Source: an uncultured Candidatus Saccharibacteria bacterium | GTDB taxonomy: Bacteria; Patescibacteriota; Dojkabacteria; SC72 | Reading direction: 5' to 3' | Assembly: GCA_964405015.1 (NCBI GenBank) | Contig: CAYOME010000003.1 | Span: 11,359-75,358, forward strand | Length of the DNA: 64,000 nt | In this document: piece after piece, positions 48,433 through 59,097 of the stretch | Numbering within the stretch: position 1 is the first letter of the stretch | Layout of the letters: each line of letters opens with the position of its first letter | Notes under the pieces: model-generated | The model's input: only the letters and a program-made list of their open reading frames with translations | Database searches by the model: none | What the model was told of the DNA's origin: nothing | Made by a program: the position numbers and the translations under genes

Positions 48433-48461
48433 AGTATATGGTCTAGAGAATATTCCGTCAA
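48433..48461 (-). promoter_or_regulatory. hrcA-grpE-dnaK promoter
   Basis: TTGACG (48461-48456), 17-bp spacer, TATACT (48438-48433). Confidence 0.8.
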
Positions 48462-48522
48462 GAGATATTTGTAAATATTTAAAGATGGAGATACAATTTG
48501 GAATAACTTAACAAATTTACAT

Positions 48523-49194
48523 ATGAAGAAGATAGTTATTGCACCTCCATTCTCAAACGGTTACCAATCTTTACCCTCCTTTATCTTTAGTGAACTATCG
48601 TTTTTTTCGTTTTCAATAGCATGTCTATATGTTGGACTCTTCTACTATGAACCTTTTCAGGAGCAAATCTTTTTAGTACTCTTTGGTCTCGCGTTGTTTA
48701 TCTTTGGGATATGGGCAATATTTATTCGAGCTAAGGTAGGAAAGAATTTAACTGTTATTAATGACTCTGGCTTTAATTTTAAAAACGGTAGACAAAATAT
48801 TGCTTGGGACGATATTGAATACATATTCATGACTTTCGCTTTTAAAAAAGAGCCCGTAGGGGAAGAAGTATATACTGGATACCCATTTCTCTTTCTTAAA
48901 TTGAAGGGTGGATATGTTCATGCAGACCAACATAATAAAGTGGGAAAGTATGAATATCCATATATTGTAGACGATCAATATTTTAAGGATTACATGGGAA
49001 AGGGAAAAGATTTTACAATAGCTATTAATACTGAAAGCATGTCTGAAAAAGATTCAGAAAGATTGATAACTAAATTACCAATAAAGGTTGAACCAGTAAG
49101 ACCAATTATGGAGGTAAAAACGAAGGAGGAATACAACAGAAAGATATATGAATTAGTTGATCCTGAGAAACAAAAAGATTACCTTTTAGAATAG
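48523..49194 (+). CDS. hypothetical protein with two TMs and a possible bacterial PH-like domain
   Basis: Two hydrophobic helices followed by the LTVINDSGF...IAWDDIEYI pattern. Confidence 0.6.
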   Translation: MKKIVIAPPFSNGYQSLPSFIFSELSFFSFSIACLYVGLFYYEPFQEQIFLVLFGLALFIFGIWAIFIRAKVGKNLTVINDSGFNFKNGRQNIAWDDIEYIFMTFAFKKEPVGEEVYTGYPFLFLKLKGGYVHADQHNKVGKYEYPYIVDDQYFKDYMGKGKDFTIAINTESMSEKDSERLITKLPIKVEPVRPIMEVKTKEEYNRKIYELVDPEKQKDYLLE

Positions 49195-49242
49195 AAAAAT
49201 GAATTGCAAAAAGGCTTTAACTCTGATATACTTTCACTCGCT

Positions 49243-49878
49243 ATGAAAAAATTAACACTACAAAAAAGAGAAATTACTGGTAAGAAGGTTAGATCTTTAA
49301 GAAGTCATAACCAGATACCTGCAGTAATCTATAATTCTAAAACAGAATCCTTCAATGCTACACTAGAGAGAACAGATGCAGAATGGCTATACAGGCATGC
49401 TACATCCACAACTATTCTTGATGCAGAGTTTGATGGAAGGGAATTTAAATGTTTAGTAAAAGATTTTGATATTCATTCTGTTACAGGAGAGATCAATCAT
49501 ATTTCAATTTTTGAGATTGATGAGAATGCATCAATGGTATTTACTATACCATTCACATTAGTAGGTGTTTCTCCAGCAGTTAAGAATAACTTGGGTATAT
49601 TGGTAAATCCTTTGGATAGTATTGATGTTAGATGTCAGTTAAACAAACTTAAGGCTGAAATTGAGATTGATATTTCAGAGTTAACAGCACCAGGACAAAC
49701 AATTACAGTTGAAGATATTCAATTACCAGAGGGTATGACATTGATTAATGATGATATTAAGACTGCAGCTATTGCAACTATCACTGAGGCTCAAAAGGTT
49801 GAAGATATTGCTCCAGTAGCAGCAGAAGGTACAGAGGTCGCAGAATCTACTGAGAATTCAGAGGAAGCTGAAGAGTAA
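49243..49878 (+). CDS. rplY: 50S ribosomal protein L25/Ctc
   Basis: REITGKKVRSLR..QIPAVIY, HSVTGEINH and VGVSPAVK motifs. Promoter TTGCAA-17-TATACT places the start at 49243. Confidence 0.93.
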   Translation: MKKLTLQKREITGKKVRSLRSHNQIPAVIYNSKTESFNATLERTDAEWLYRHATSTTILDAEFDGREFKCLVKDFDIHSVTGEINHISIFEIDENASMVFTIPFTLVGVSPAVKNNLGILVNPLDSIDVRCQLNKLKAEIEIDISELTAPGQTITVEDIQLPEGMTLINDDIKTAAIATITEAQKVEDIAPVAAEGTEVAESTENSEEAEE

Positions 49879-49894
49879 TTTTCATTTGATGTTG

Positions 49895-49922
49895 AAAAGG
49901 AGGCATTGCCTCCTTTTTTTTT
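49895..49922 (+). terminator. rplY terminator
   Basis: GGAGGC-att-GCCTCC followed by T9. Confidence 0.85.
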
Positions 49923-49947
49923 ATTACCTAAGTAGATATAATCGAGA

Positions 49948-50886
49948 ATGACTACCGTAATAATAACATCTTGGAAAGAACCGCATACCGTAGGGAAATG
50001 CATCAAATGCATTGGTGATACAAGGTATTCAGGTATTACAGATCCATTTGAGATATTACAAATATCACCAGATAAAGAAACATTAGACGCTGGTTTAAAA
50101 GCTGCTAAAGATCTTGGTCTTAACAGTAAGCAGTATATCCAAATACAGGATCCTCAAAAGGGTAAACCATATGCTTTAAAGATGGCAATAGAGAGGGCAA
50201 AGGGAGATATTTTAATATTTACTGATGGTGATACATATTTTGAAAAAGATTCAGTTAAATATTTACTAGAACCATTCAAATATGATGAGATAGGTGGAGT
50301 AAGTGGTAGACCAATATCTGGAGATTCTAAGAGTAATATGATGGGATATTGGGGACATCTACTATCTGATGCTGCACATCACAGAAGAGTTTCAACTATG
50401 TCAGAGAAGAGAGAGAACTTCTTTACAAGCAAGGATACCTTCTTTCCTATGAGTGGTTATATCATGGCGACACGAAGAATAGATTTTGATATACCCAAGA
50501 ATGTACTTTCTGATGATGCATATATTTCATATTCAATTAGAAACAAAGGTCTTCAGATATCGTATGCCCCATTTGCAAAATGTGTTGTTAAATATCCAAC
50601 AAATTTAAAAGACTATTACAAACAGAAAGTAAGATCTTTAGGTGGTTTTATTCAATTAGAAAAGATGGGAGTATTCAAAAAAGATAGACAAAGCAGAAGT
50701 ATATTTATCGAACTAAACTACGTATTCTTTGTATTAAGGTATGCTACTGATCTAAGAGAACTTCTCTGGTCTTTATACCTATTCCCTGTAAGGCTTGTAA
50801 CTTGGATTAAAATATATTGGGAGAGAGTAATCCTTAAAAAGGATATGCCAGAGAGTGGTTGGGAAAGAATAGAGAGTACAAAGTAA
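49948..50886 (+). CDS. glycosyltransferase family 2
   Basis: GKPYAL, IFTDGD (DxD), GGVSG, SDDAY and QKVRS (QxxRW-like) motifs; C-terminal hydrophobic helix. Confidence 0.88.
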   Translation: MTTVIITSWKEPHTVGKCIKCIGDTRYSGITDPFEILQISPDKETLDAGLKAAKDLGLNSKQYIQIQDPQKGKPYALKMAIERAKGDILIFTDGDTYFEKDSVKYLLEPFKYDEIGGVSGRPISGDSKSNMMGYWGHLLSDAAHHRRVSTMSEKRENFFTSKDTFFPMSGYIMATRRIDFDIPKNVLSDDAYISYSIRNKGLQISYAPFAKCVVKYPTNLKDYYKQKVRSLGGFIQLEKMGVFKKDRQSRSIFIELNYVFFVLRYATDLRELLWSLYLFPVRLVTWIKIYWERVILKKDMPESGWERIESTK

Positions 50887-50915
50887 AAAAAAAGGAAGGT
50901 GTTACCCTTCCTTTT
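50885..50915. terminator. bidirectional terminator ending rpsL-rpsG and the GT2 gene
   Basis: A9-GGAAGG-tgttac-CCTTCC-T4. Confidence 0.85.
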
Positions 50916-50937
50916 CAATTTCACTTAATACAAAGTA

Positions 50938-51405
50938 TTACCATCTAAAATGTGCAAATGCTTTATTTGCTTCTGCCATTCTTTCTACATCGAACTTCTT
51001 CTTTACTGCATCACCTTCTCCATTAAATGCACTTAGTAACTCTGCCTCAAGTAATTTCTCAAAAGACTTACCAGTTTTAGATCTAGCATAGTCTACTAAC
51101 CATCTAACTGATAGTGTCTCTTGTCTCCTAGGACTTACAGGTACAGGTACTTGATAGTTAGCACCACCTACTCTTCTTGATTTGATCTCAAGAGCTGGTC
51201 TGATGTTATCTATTGCAGTATGTAAGAATTCAATAACTGGTGTCTTACTCTTATCAGCACCAGATTCTAAAGCAGTATATACCAATTCTTCAGCAACTGT
51301 TTTTTTACCACCTTGCATTACTTTGTTGATAAGTCTTCCAATGATCTCATCATTGTATTTTCTATCTTTTGATATAACTCTTTTCTTTGCTCTCTTACCT
51401 CTCAT
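50938..51405 (-). CDS. rpsG: 30S ribosomal protein S7
   Basis: SRRVGGANYQVP and MAEANKAFAHFRW motifs. Confidence 0.98.
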   Translation of the reverse strand: MRGKRAKKRVISKDRKYNDEIIGRLINKVMQGGKKTVAEELVYTALESGADKSKTPVIEFLHTAIDNIRPALEIKSRRVGGANYQVPVPVSPRRQETLSVRWLVDYARSKTGKSFEKLLEAELLSAFNGEGDAVKKKFDVERMAEANKAFAHFRW

Positions 51406-51426
51406 TAAATATACTTTAAAATATTA

Positions 51427-51843
51427 TTATTCGTTTTCAGGTCTTTTAGCACCATACTTCGATCTAGCTTTCTGTCTTCCTTTTACTCCTGCAGTATCAT
51501 ACTTACCTCTCACTACGATGTACTTTACACCTGGGAGGTCTCTCTTTCTTCCTGCTTTAAGAAGAACAACAGAGTGCTCTTGAAGATTATGACCCTCTCC
51601 AGGGATGTATGCAGTAACTTCCATTCCATTAGATAACCTTACTCTTGTTACTTTACGTAATGCAGAGTTAGGCTTCTTAGGAGTCATAGTTTTGACTTGC
51701 AAACATACACCTCTCTTAAAAGGATTCTTTGCTTTCTTATATCTATTCTTGAGAGGATTGAAGTTTGTAGCCAGCGCAATATGCGATGTCTTCTTCCTTT
51801 TACTCTCTCTTGGTTTTCTTACTAACTGGTTAATCGTTGGCAT
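51427..51843 (-). CDS. rpsL: 30S ribosomal protein S12
   Basis: [20 protein letters not shown] and GHNLQEHS motifs; TATAAT 7 nt before the ATG. Confidence 0.98.
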   Translation of the reverse strand: MPTINQLVRKPRESKRKKTSHIALATNFNPLKNRYKKAKNPFKRGVCLQVKTMTPKKPNSALRKVTRVRLSNGMEVTAYIPGEGHNLQEHSVVLLKAGRKRDLPGVKYIVVRGKYDTAGVKGRQKARSKYGAKRPENE

Positions 51844-51868
51844 GGTTCGTATTATACAACAAAATCAA

Positions 51869-54800
51869 CTAAAATTTAATCTCTTCTAGATTTTTTATTT
51901 CTTCGATCTTAGCGTCTTCTCCAGAAGGGATTCTTCTACCGATTATTACATTCTCTTTCATACCTCTTAAGTAGTCGGTTTTACCTAAGATTGCACTATT
52001 TGTTAAAACTCTTACCTGCTCTTGGAATGACATAGCAGAAAGGAAACTCTCAGTATGTAGTGCTGAAGCTTTAATACCTAATAGCTTTGGAACTACTAAT
52101 GCTTTTCTCTTTTCTTCAGAGAGAAGTATTTCATTCTTTGCTAAAGATATGAAGCGATTTACAAGTGAACCTACTAGGTAATCACTATCACCAGTTTCCA
52201 AGACTTTTCCAAGTCTAGCCATCTGTCTAATGATGATTTCAACGTGAATATCTCCAATAGATACACCTTGCTCATTAAATACTTTCTGTACTTGATCAAG
52301 TATATACTTCTGAGCTCTAAGAATACCTGCAACATCTGCAAGTTTCTTTGGGTCTACAGCTCCTTCGGTAATCTGATCTCCTGCCTTTATTTCATCTCCA
52401 TCGTTTACCAAAATGTTAACATTTGGTAGCACGGTTATTACTTCCTCTGCTTTAATATCTCCAGAGAGTGTTAAGATTCCACCTTCTATCTTTGCAACTG
52501 CATCATATGGTGCTTGCTTTTCCATTTCTTCAGAATCAATGAATATTGCCTGACCACCTTTTACTTGTGCACCATCACTTACTAATACATTCTTTGCATC
52601 AGAGATTATGTAGTCTCTTACAATATTTTTAGATCCAATAATTGTAATAGTTGCAGAATCATCTTCAGCTCTTTCAATATGTACTTGTCCATTGATAGAG
52701 GCAATTTCTGCTTCTGCCTTTGGAGATCTAGCTTCAAAGAGTTCTTCAATTCTTGGTAAACCTTGAGTAATGTCTGTTGCTTGTACACCACCCTTGTGGA
52801 ATGTCTGCATAGTCATTTGTGTACCTGGTTCACCAATAGATTGAGCTGCAATTACTCCAACTGCTTTACCCATATCTATCTCTTTACTGTTTTCTAGATT
52901 TAGACCGTAACACTTCTTACATATACCCATAGGTGCTTTACAAAGGATTGGTGTTCTTACTGCGACCTCATCTATTCCATCAGCATCAATCTTTTCAGAT
53001 ACTTCTCTTGTAATATATTCTCCCTTTTTTACTAAGACTTCACCCTTAGAATCTGTAATATCCTTTGAAACAACTCTTCCAAAGATTCTTTGTACATATT
53101 CTAACCTTCTATCATCACTTCTCTTAATTGTAATACCTTCTCCTTCATATCCACAATCATCGAATCTTACGATTACATCATGAGCAACATCAACTAACTT
53201 TCTAGTTAAGTATCCTGAAGATGAAGTTCTAAGAGATCTATCTGCGATACCTTTTCTACCACCATTTGCAGCTACAAAGTATTCAAATGCACTTAAACCG
53301 TCACGGTAGTTTCCTTTAATTGGAAGTGGTACCCAGTTACCTCTAGAGTCTCTAACAACACCCTTAATGGTAAGTACCTGTCTTGCCTGAATCTTTCCAC
53401 CATTAGCTTTAGATTCAACCATTTCATATACTGAGTTGTTCTTGTCTAATGTCTTCCATGCTTCTTCTGCAATATCATTTGCAAAATCATTCCACATCTC
53501 AGTAGAAAGATTAATCTTTTCTTTCTCTGTGATTAAACCTTGTAAGTAGTTCTCTTGTAATTGAAGATCTTTCTCTTCCATTGCTTTAATACCAGTTTGT
53601 ACATCGAAATCGACATCACAATCTTCGATAGCGAATGAGAATCCTAAATCTGTAGCATAGTTGAAACCCATTAACTTAAGATTATCAAGAAGTTCTACTA
53701 CTACGTCTAATGGATATTTGTCCTTAATTTCTTCTACAATATCGGAGATAGTTCCACCACTTACTCTCTCATTTACAAACTTGTATCCCTTTGGAAGAGC
53801 TCTATTAAAGATACATCTTCCTGCAGAAGTTTTTACTACCTCTCCACCAATATTTACTAATATCATTTCATCTATAGCCATGAGATCTCTTTCGTATGCC
53901 TTTACTGCAAGATCTGCAGATGCAAACATTCTAGGATTTTCTACTTCATTCATATCAGTCATTAGGTAGAAACCGATTAACATATCCTTTGCAGGAGTAG
54001 CTAATACTTGTCCGTTTGATATGTTTACAATATTTTTAGAAGCCATAACGTCTCTCTTTGCTTCCTCAAGAGCTTCTTTTGTAAGAAGTACGTGAACAGA
54101 CATTTGGTCTCCATCGAAGTCAGCATTAAATGCTTTACATACCAATGGGTGTAACCTAATTGCTTCACCTTCTACAAGTCTTGGGAAGAATCCTTGAATA
54201 CTATACTTGTGTAATGTTGGTGCACGGTTAAGTAATACTGGTTTTCCATCAATTACAGTTTCAAGAAGGTCCCAGATTACTTCCTGCTCTTCTTCTATCA
54301 TATCTTTTGCAATTCTTACATTTGGAGCGATCTCTTTTTCCAAAAGTTGATTTATTACAAAAGGTTTAAACATTTCTAATGCTATTGATTTTGGCAAACC
54401 ACATTGATCTAATTTCAAACTTGGATCTCCTACAATTACTGCACGACCAGAGTAGTCTACACGTTTACCAAGAAGATTCTTTCTGAAGATACCTTTCTTA
54501 CCTCTTAGATCATCTGTTAATGACTGGTAAGGCAACCTCTTGTTGTTCATCATTGGCTTGGATGGTCTGTGAGAGTTATCGATAACTGCATCTACAGACT
54601 CTTGAAGCATTCTCTTCTCATTTCTAAGAATTACATCAGGTGCTCCAATCTCTATTAATCTTGCTAAACGATTATTTCTGTTAATGATTCTTCTATACAA
54701 ATCATTTAGATCAGATGTAGCAAATTTACCTCCTGATAGAGGGATGATAGGTCTTAGATCTGGTGGAAGCACTGGTAATATATCAATAACCATCCAACTT

Positions 54801-55750
54801 GGATCTAATTTGTTTAGCTTGAATCCTTCTAAATATTGAATCCTTCTAATAGTAGAAGCTTTCTTCTCACCCTTTTCTTTCTTAGCTTGTCTTCTTAAAT
54901 CCTTAAGCTCCTTCTCTATATCTAAATTCTCGAGAAGTTTCTTAACTGCTTCTGCACCCATCATCGCATTAAAGAAGAGTAATCCTCTATCATCCAAATC
55001 AATATATTCATCTTCTGTTAATACAGAACCTACTTCTACTTTCTCCACTACTTGTTGTAATTTTGCATAGAAAGCATCTAACTCTTCTTGTTTTTCTGCA
55101 TATTCTCTTCTAATCTTTGCAAGAGTTTGCTTCTTTTTATGATCTAACTGACTTACTTTAAAATCTGAAGTCTCCTTCGCTTTCTTAAGATCCTTTAAAT
55201 CTTTATCAAACATCTCTGATGTTACTTTCAACTCCTCATCAAGTTCAGTTTGTAATCCTTCAATATCAGATTTTCTTAATTCTTCAACTTTAACGAGAAT
55301 ATCTTTTCTTTTCTCTACATCTAACTCTACTACCATGTATCTTGTGTAATAGATTACAGAGAGAAGTTTTTTGTGAGACATATTCAAGACAATGGACATT
55401 TTGTTAGGAATACCATATGCAAACCATACGTGTGCAACAGGTACAGCTAACTTAAGATGACCCATCCTTTCTCTTCTTACGTCTTTTGTTGTTACTTCAA
55501 CACCACATTTATCACAAACTATTCCCTTGTATCTGATCTTTTTGTACTTACCACAGTAACATTCATAGTTTTTAGTAGGACCAAATATCTTCTCACAGAA
55601 AAGACCATCTGGTTCAGCTCTGAATGTTCTATAGTTAATGGTTTCAGCTTTTGTTACCTCACCATATGACCAATCTAAGACTTGCTCAGGAGAAGCCAAT
55701 GTTAGTTTTAGAGCATCAAAATTTTCAAATATATTTCTTTTGTTATTCAT
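51869..55750 (-). CDS. rpoC: RNA polymerase beta' subunit
   Basis: Zinc finger, LLGKRVDYSGR, NADFDGDQM and QSIGEPGTQ motifs. Confidence 0.99.
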   Translation of the reverse strand: MNNKRNIFENFDALKLTLASPEQVLDWSYGEVTKAETINYRTFRAEPDGLFCEKIFGPTKNYECYCGKYKKIRYKGIVCDKCGVEVTTKDVRRERMGHLKLAVPVAHVWFAYGIPNKMSIVLNMSHKKLLSVIYYTRYMVVELDVEKRKDILVKVEELRKSDIEGLQTELDEELKVTSEMFDKDLKDLKKAKETSDFKVSQLDHKKKQTLAKIRREYAEKQEELDAFYAKLQQVVEKVEVGSVLTEDEYIDLDDRGLLFFNAMMGAEAVKKLLENLDIEKELKDLRRQAKKEKGEKKASTIRRIQYLEGFKLNKLDPSWMVIDILPVLPPDLRPIIPLSGGKFATSDLNDLYRRIINRNNRLARLIEIGAPDVILRNEKRMLQESVDAVIDNSHRPSKPMMNNKRLPYQSLTDDLRGKKGIFRKNLLGKRVDYSGRAVIVGDPSLKLDQCGLPKSIALEMFKPFVINQLLEKEIAPNVRIAKDMIEEEQEVIWDLLETVIDGKPVLLNRAPTLHKYSIQGFFPRLVEGEAIRLHPLVCKAFNADFDGDQMSVHVLLTKEALEEAKRDVMASKNIVNISNGQVLATPAKDMLIGFYLMTDMNEVENPRMFASADLAVKAYERDLMAIDEMILVNIGGEVVKTSAGRCIFNRALPKGYKFVNERVSGGTISDIVEEIKDKYPLDVVVELLDNLKLMGFNYATDLGFSFAIEDCDVDFDVQTGIKAMEEKDLQLQENYLQGLITEKEKINLSTEMWNDFANDIAEEAWKTLDKNNSVYEMVESKANGGKIQARQVLTIKGVVRDSRGNWVPLPIKGNYRDGLSAFEYFVAANGGRKGIADRSLRTSSSGYLTRKLVDVAHDVIVRFDDCGYEGEGITIKRSDDRRLEYVQRIFGRVVSKDITDSKGEVLVKKGEYITREVSEKIDADGIDEVAVRTPILCKAPMGICKKCYGLNLENSKEIDMGKAVGVIAAQSIGEPGTQMTMQTFHKGGVQATDITQGLPRIEELFEARSPKAEAEIASINGQVHIERAEDDSATITIIGSKNIVRDYIISDAKNVLVSDGAQVKGGQAIFIDSEEMEKQAPYDAVAKIEGGILTLSGDIKAEEVITVLPNVNILVNDGDEIKAGDQITEGAVDPKKLADVAGILRAQKYILDQVQKVFNEQGVSIGDIHVEIIIRQMARLGKVLETGDSDYLVGSLVNRFISLAKNEILLSEEKRKALVVPKLLGIKASALHTESFLSAMSFQEQVRVLTNSAILGKTDYLRGMKENVIIGRRIPSGEDAKIEEIKNLEEIKF

Positions 55751-58700
55751 TATTCTACGACCTCCTCTGAGTTCTTAGAAATTAATTCCATATTTAGACA
55801 TAGAGCATTTAGTTCCTTTATCAATACTTTAAATGATTCAGGTACATTTACACTCTCAATCTTTTCACCGTGGATGATAGCTTTGTAAGCACTTGATCTA
55901 CCTTTTACATCATCCGATTTAATAGTTAGCATCTCTTGTAAGGCATATGGTGCTCCATGAGCTTCAAGTGCCCAGACTTCCATTTCTCCAAATCTTTGAC
56001 CACCTCTTTGTGCTTTACCACCTAAAGGTTGTTGTGTAACAGCAGTGTATGGTCCAGTAGATCTAGCATGTACTTTCTCATCAGCAATGTGATGTAACTT
56101 GAGTACATATTTAATACCTACAGTTACCTTACGTGGGAACTTCTTACCAGTTCTACCATCGTAAAGATCAACTTTCTGCTCCATCTTGAAACCTTTCTTT
56201 TCCATTTCCTTCTCTAACCATTGCATATTTACACCTTCAAACAATGGGAATGAGAATTTCTCATTAAGAAGTTTTGCGTACAATCCGAAATGTACCTCTT
56301 CTGCCTGACCCATGTTCATACGTTTTAGGAATGTTGGAGTCAATACAATATCTACAGGTTCTCCATCTTGAGTAAATGGCATATCTTCAATAGGTCTAAT
56401 AGCTGCAACAGTATTTTTGTCTCCGTGTCTACCAGATATTTTATCTCCATATCCTAACTTCTTAGTATCTGCAACCCAGACCTTTACTTCTTCTAATACT
56501 CCAGGAGGTAATTTGTCTCCCTTTTCAACTGAAAGTCTTTGACTATGAATTACAATACCCTCCTCACCGTGTGGCAATCTCAAAGAGTTATCTCTTACAT
56601 CACTTGCAGATTCTCCAAAGATTGCTCTAAGAAGTCTCTCCTCAGCAGTAAGTTCTTTTTCTCCACGAGGTGCAATTACACCGACAAGTATATCTCCTGC
56701 TTTAACTTTCATTCCCTCTCTAATGATTCCTGCCATATCTAATTTCTGTAATATTCTGTCATTTACATGAGGAATATCAGCAGTAATTACTTCAGGACCT
56801 AACTCTGTATCTCTTACCTCTACCTTATGCTCTCTTACATGAACGGATGTAAGCAAATCATCTCTTACTACTCTTTCAGAGATAACTACAGCATCTTCAT
56901 AGTTGTAACCTTCGTAGAACATTAAAGCTGCTCTTAAGTTTGTACCAATTGCTAATTCACCATTAACAGTTGTAGGACCATCTACTAGGACATCACCTTT
57001 TACAAACTTCTGACCTTCAGAAACTGCTGGTTTTTGTGTAAAGGATGTATTGTCATTAGATCTGTAGAAGCTTACTAGTTTGTAATCCTTTATACCTTCT
57101 TTCTTGTATTTTACAGATACTCTACCTGCATCAACATATACAACCTCTCCATCTTCATGAGCAAATATACTCCAGTTAGACTGTCTAGCAACAATTTCTT
57201 CTACACCTGTACCTACCAATGGAGCTTCTTGTTTTACCAAAGGAACTCCCTGTCTCTGCATATTTGCACCAGCAAGGGCTCTCATAGCGTCATCATGTGA
57301 TACAAATGGAATCAATGCCATACCTAAACCTGCTTGTTGGTACGTTAATACGTCAACATGTGATACAAGATTTACATCTTCTAGTACAAAGTCACCTTCA
57401 TGTCTTACAGGTACCAATGCTTCTGTAATATTGTTGAAATCATCTGTTTGAATTGAGGAAATACTGATATATTTACCTTCTTCATCTAAAGCATCAAAGT
57501 AATCAACATCTTCAGAAATGAAAGGTGTAACTTTAACACTCTTCATATTCTTCTGAGCTTCAATCTTCTCTGCAATTTCTTTTGTAATCAATGTTCCCTT
57601 CTTACCAATACCTGCAATATCTTCATCTAATATTCTGTTTAAAAGATCTCCCTTCTTGTTAGGAACTTCTCTCAATACTCTTCTGTATGGTGATTCTAAG
57701 AATCCATACTCATTAATTCTTGCCAATATTGCTAATTGAGTAACAACACCAATATTTGCACTTTCTGGACTGGTTACAGGGTCAAACTTTGCATACTGTG
57801 AGTTATGAACCTCACGAATTGAGAATGTTGCCCTATCCTTAACAATACCTCCAGGACCTGCTGCAGTAACTTTTCTCTTGTTTTCAAGTTCAGCCAATAT
57901 GTTTGTCTGATCCATGAATGTAGAGAGTTGGTTTGCTCCGAAGAAAGATTGAATGGAAGCTGCAATTGGTTTAGTACCAACTAACATAGATGGTGTAACC
58001 TTCGCATCTTGACCATACAAACTCATTTTGTCTTTAATATTCTTTTCTAATCTTCTAATACCTGCAAGTAACTGCCTCTCTAATACCTCACCTACACTTC
58101 TTATTCTTCTATTACAAAGGTGATCAATATCATCTGGAGCTTGTGCACCATTGTTGATCTTTATCAAAGACTTAACAATTCTAATTACATCATCAGGGTA
58201 AAGAACTGCTTCATCAGGATTATTTACATCATATGATGTACCTAATTTTCTGTTTAATTGATATCTACCGATCTTTCCTAAATCAAATTTTCTCTTACTA
58301 AAGAAGTTACTCTTAATATATTTTTCAGCACTTTCTAAAGTAACAGACTCATCTGGTCTTAGTTTGTTGTAAATACTGATAATGGCATCCTCTTTACTCT
58401 TAGTAAAGTCTCTAGCCAATGTAGCTTCTATATATTTGTATTCCTCGCTAGTGTCTACATCTTTGAAAAGCTTTAATATCTCCTCATCACTCTCATATCC
58501 TAATACTCTTAGGAACTCAGTAATCAAAACTCTTGGTCTTTTAGGAAGTATACGCATAGAGATGACATTGTATTTGTTTACCTCTATCTCATACCAAGGA
58601 CCTCTACCAGGCATAAGTCTAGCCTTGTAAAGAGTTCTGTAAGGTAATGCATCTGCCTCTTCAAAAAGAACACCCTCAGCTCTCACAATTTGATGAGTAA

Positions 58701-59097
58701 CTACTCTTCTAACACCGTTAACAACAAAAGCCCCATCATCAGTCATCATGGGTAAATCAGCAACAAAAATCTCCTGCTCTTTTATCTCACCTGTTTTGTT
58801 ATTAAGAAGTTGTACAGTAGCATATACTGGGAGTTCATATGAGAGACCTTTTGCAACAGCCTCCTCTATTCCTCTATATGGTTCTCCATATCTAAAAGAT
58901 TTAAATTCAAGAGTCCACATTCGTTCCATTGTATCCTTAACAGGATTAATTTCTTCGAATAGTCTCTTAAACCCATTCTCATAGAAATCTTTAAAGGAGG
59001 TTTTCTGAGCTTCTATCAGACTAGGAATCTCAAATGAAGAAGAGTATCCCTTACCTAGGTTAATTCTGGAAGCCTTATTGCGCTTGGGTTCTACCAT
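55750..59097 (-). CDS. rpoB: RNA polymerase beta subunit
   Basis: ANMQRQ, GYNYEDA, GDKISGRHG and GQRFGEMEVWALEA motifs; TAATG overlap with rpoC. Confidence 0.99.
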   Translation of the reverse strand: MVEPKRNKASRINLGKGYSSSFEIPSLIEAQKTSFKDFYENGFKRLFEEINPVKDTMERMWTLEFKSFRYGEPYRGIEEAVAKGLSYELPVYATVQLLNNKTGEIKEQEIFVADLPMMTDDGAFVVNGVRRVVTHQIVRAEGVLFEEADALPYRTLYKARLMPGRGPWYEIEVNKYNVISMRILPKRPRVLITEFLRVLGYESDEEILKLFKDVDTSEEYKYIEATLARDFTKSKEDAIISIYNKLRPDESVTLESAEKYIKSNFFSKRKFDLGKIGRYQLNRKLGTSYDVNNPDEAVLYPDDVIRIVKSLIKINNGAQAPDDIDHLCNRRIRSVGEVLERQLLAGIRRLEKNIKDKMSLYGQDAKVTPSMLVGTKPIAASIQSFFGANQLSTFMDQTNILAELENKRKVTAAGPGGIVKDRATFSIREVHNSQYAKFDPVTSPESANIGVVTQLAILARINEYGFLESPYRRVLREVPNKKGDLLNRILDEDIAGIGKKGTLITKEIAEKIEAQKNMKSVKVTPFISEDVDYFDALDEEGKYISISSIQTDDFNNITEALVPVRHEGDFVLEDVNLVSHVDVLTYQQAGLGMALIPFVSHDDAMRALAGANMQRQGVPLVKQEAPLVGTGVEEIVARQSNWSIFAHEDGEVVYVDAGRVSVKYKKEGIKDYKLVSFYRSNDNTSFTQKPAVSEGQKFVKGDVLVDGPTTVNGELAIGTNLRAALMFYEGYNYEDAVVISERVVRDDLLTSVHVREHKVEVRDTELGPEVITADIPHVNDRILQKLDMAGIIREGMKVKAGDILVGVIAPRGEKELTAEERLLRAIFGESASDVRDNSLRLPHGEEGIVIHSQRLSVEKGDKLPPGVLEEVKVWVADTKKLGYGDKISGRHGDKNTVAAIRPIEDMPFTQDGEPVDIVLTPTFLKRMNMGQAEEVHFGLYAKLLNEKFSFPLFEGVNMQWLEKEMEKKGFKMEQKVDLYDGRTGKKFPRKVTVGIKYVLKLHHIADEKVHARSTGPYTAVTQQPLGGKAQRGGQRFGEMEVWALEAHGAPYALQEMLTIKSDDVKGRSSAYKAIIHGEKIESVNVPESFKVLIKELNALCLNMELISKNSEEVVE

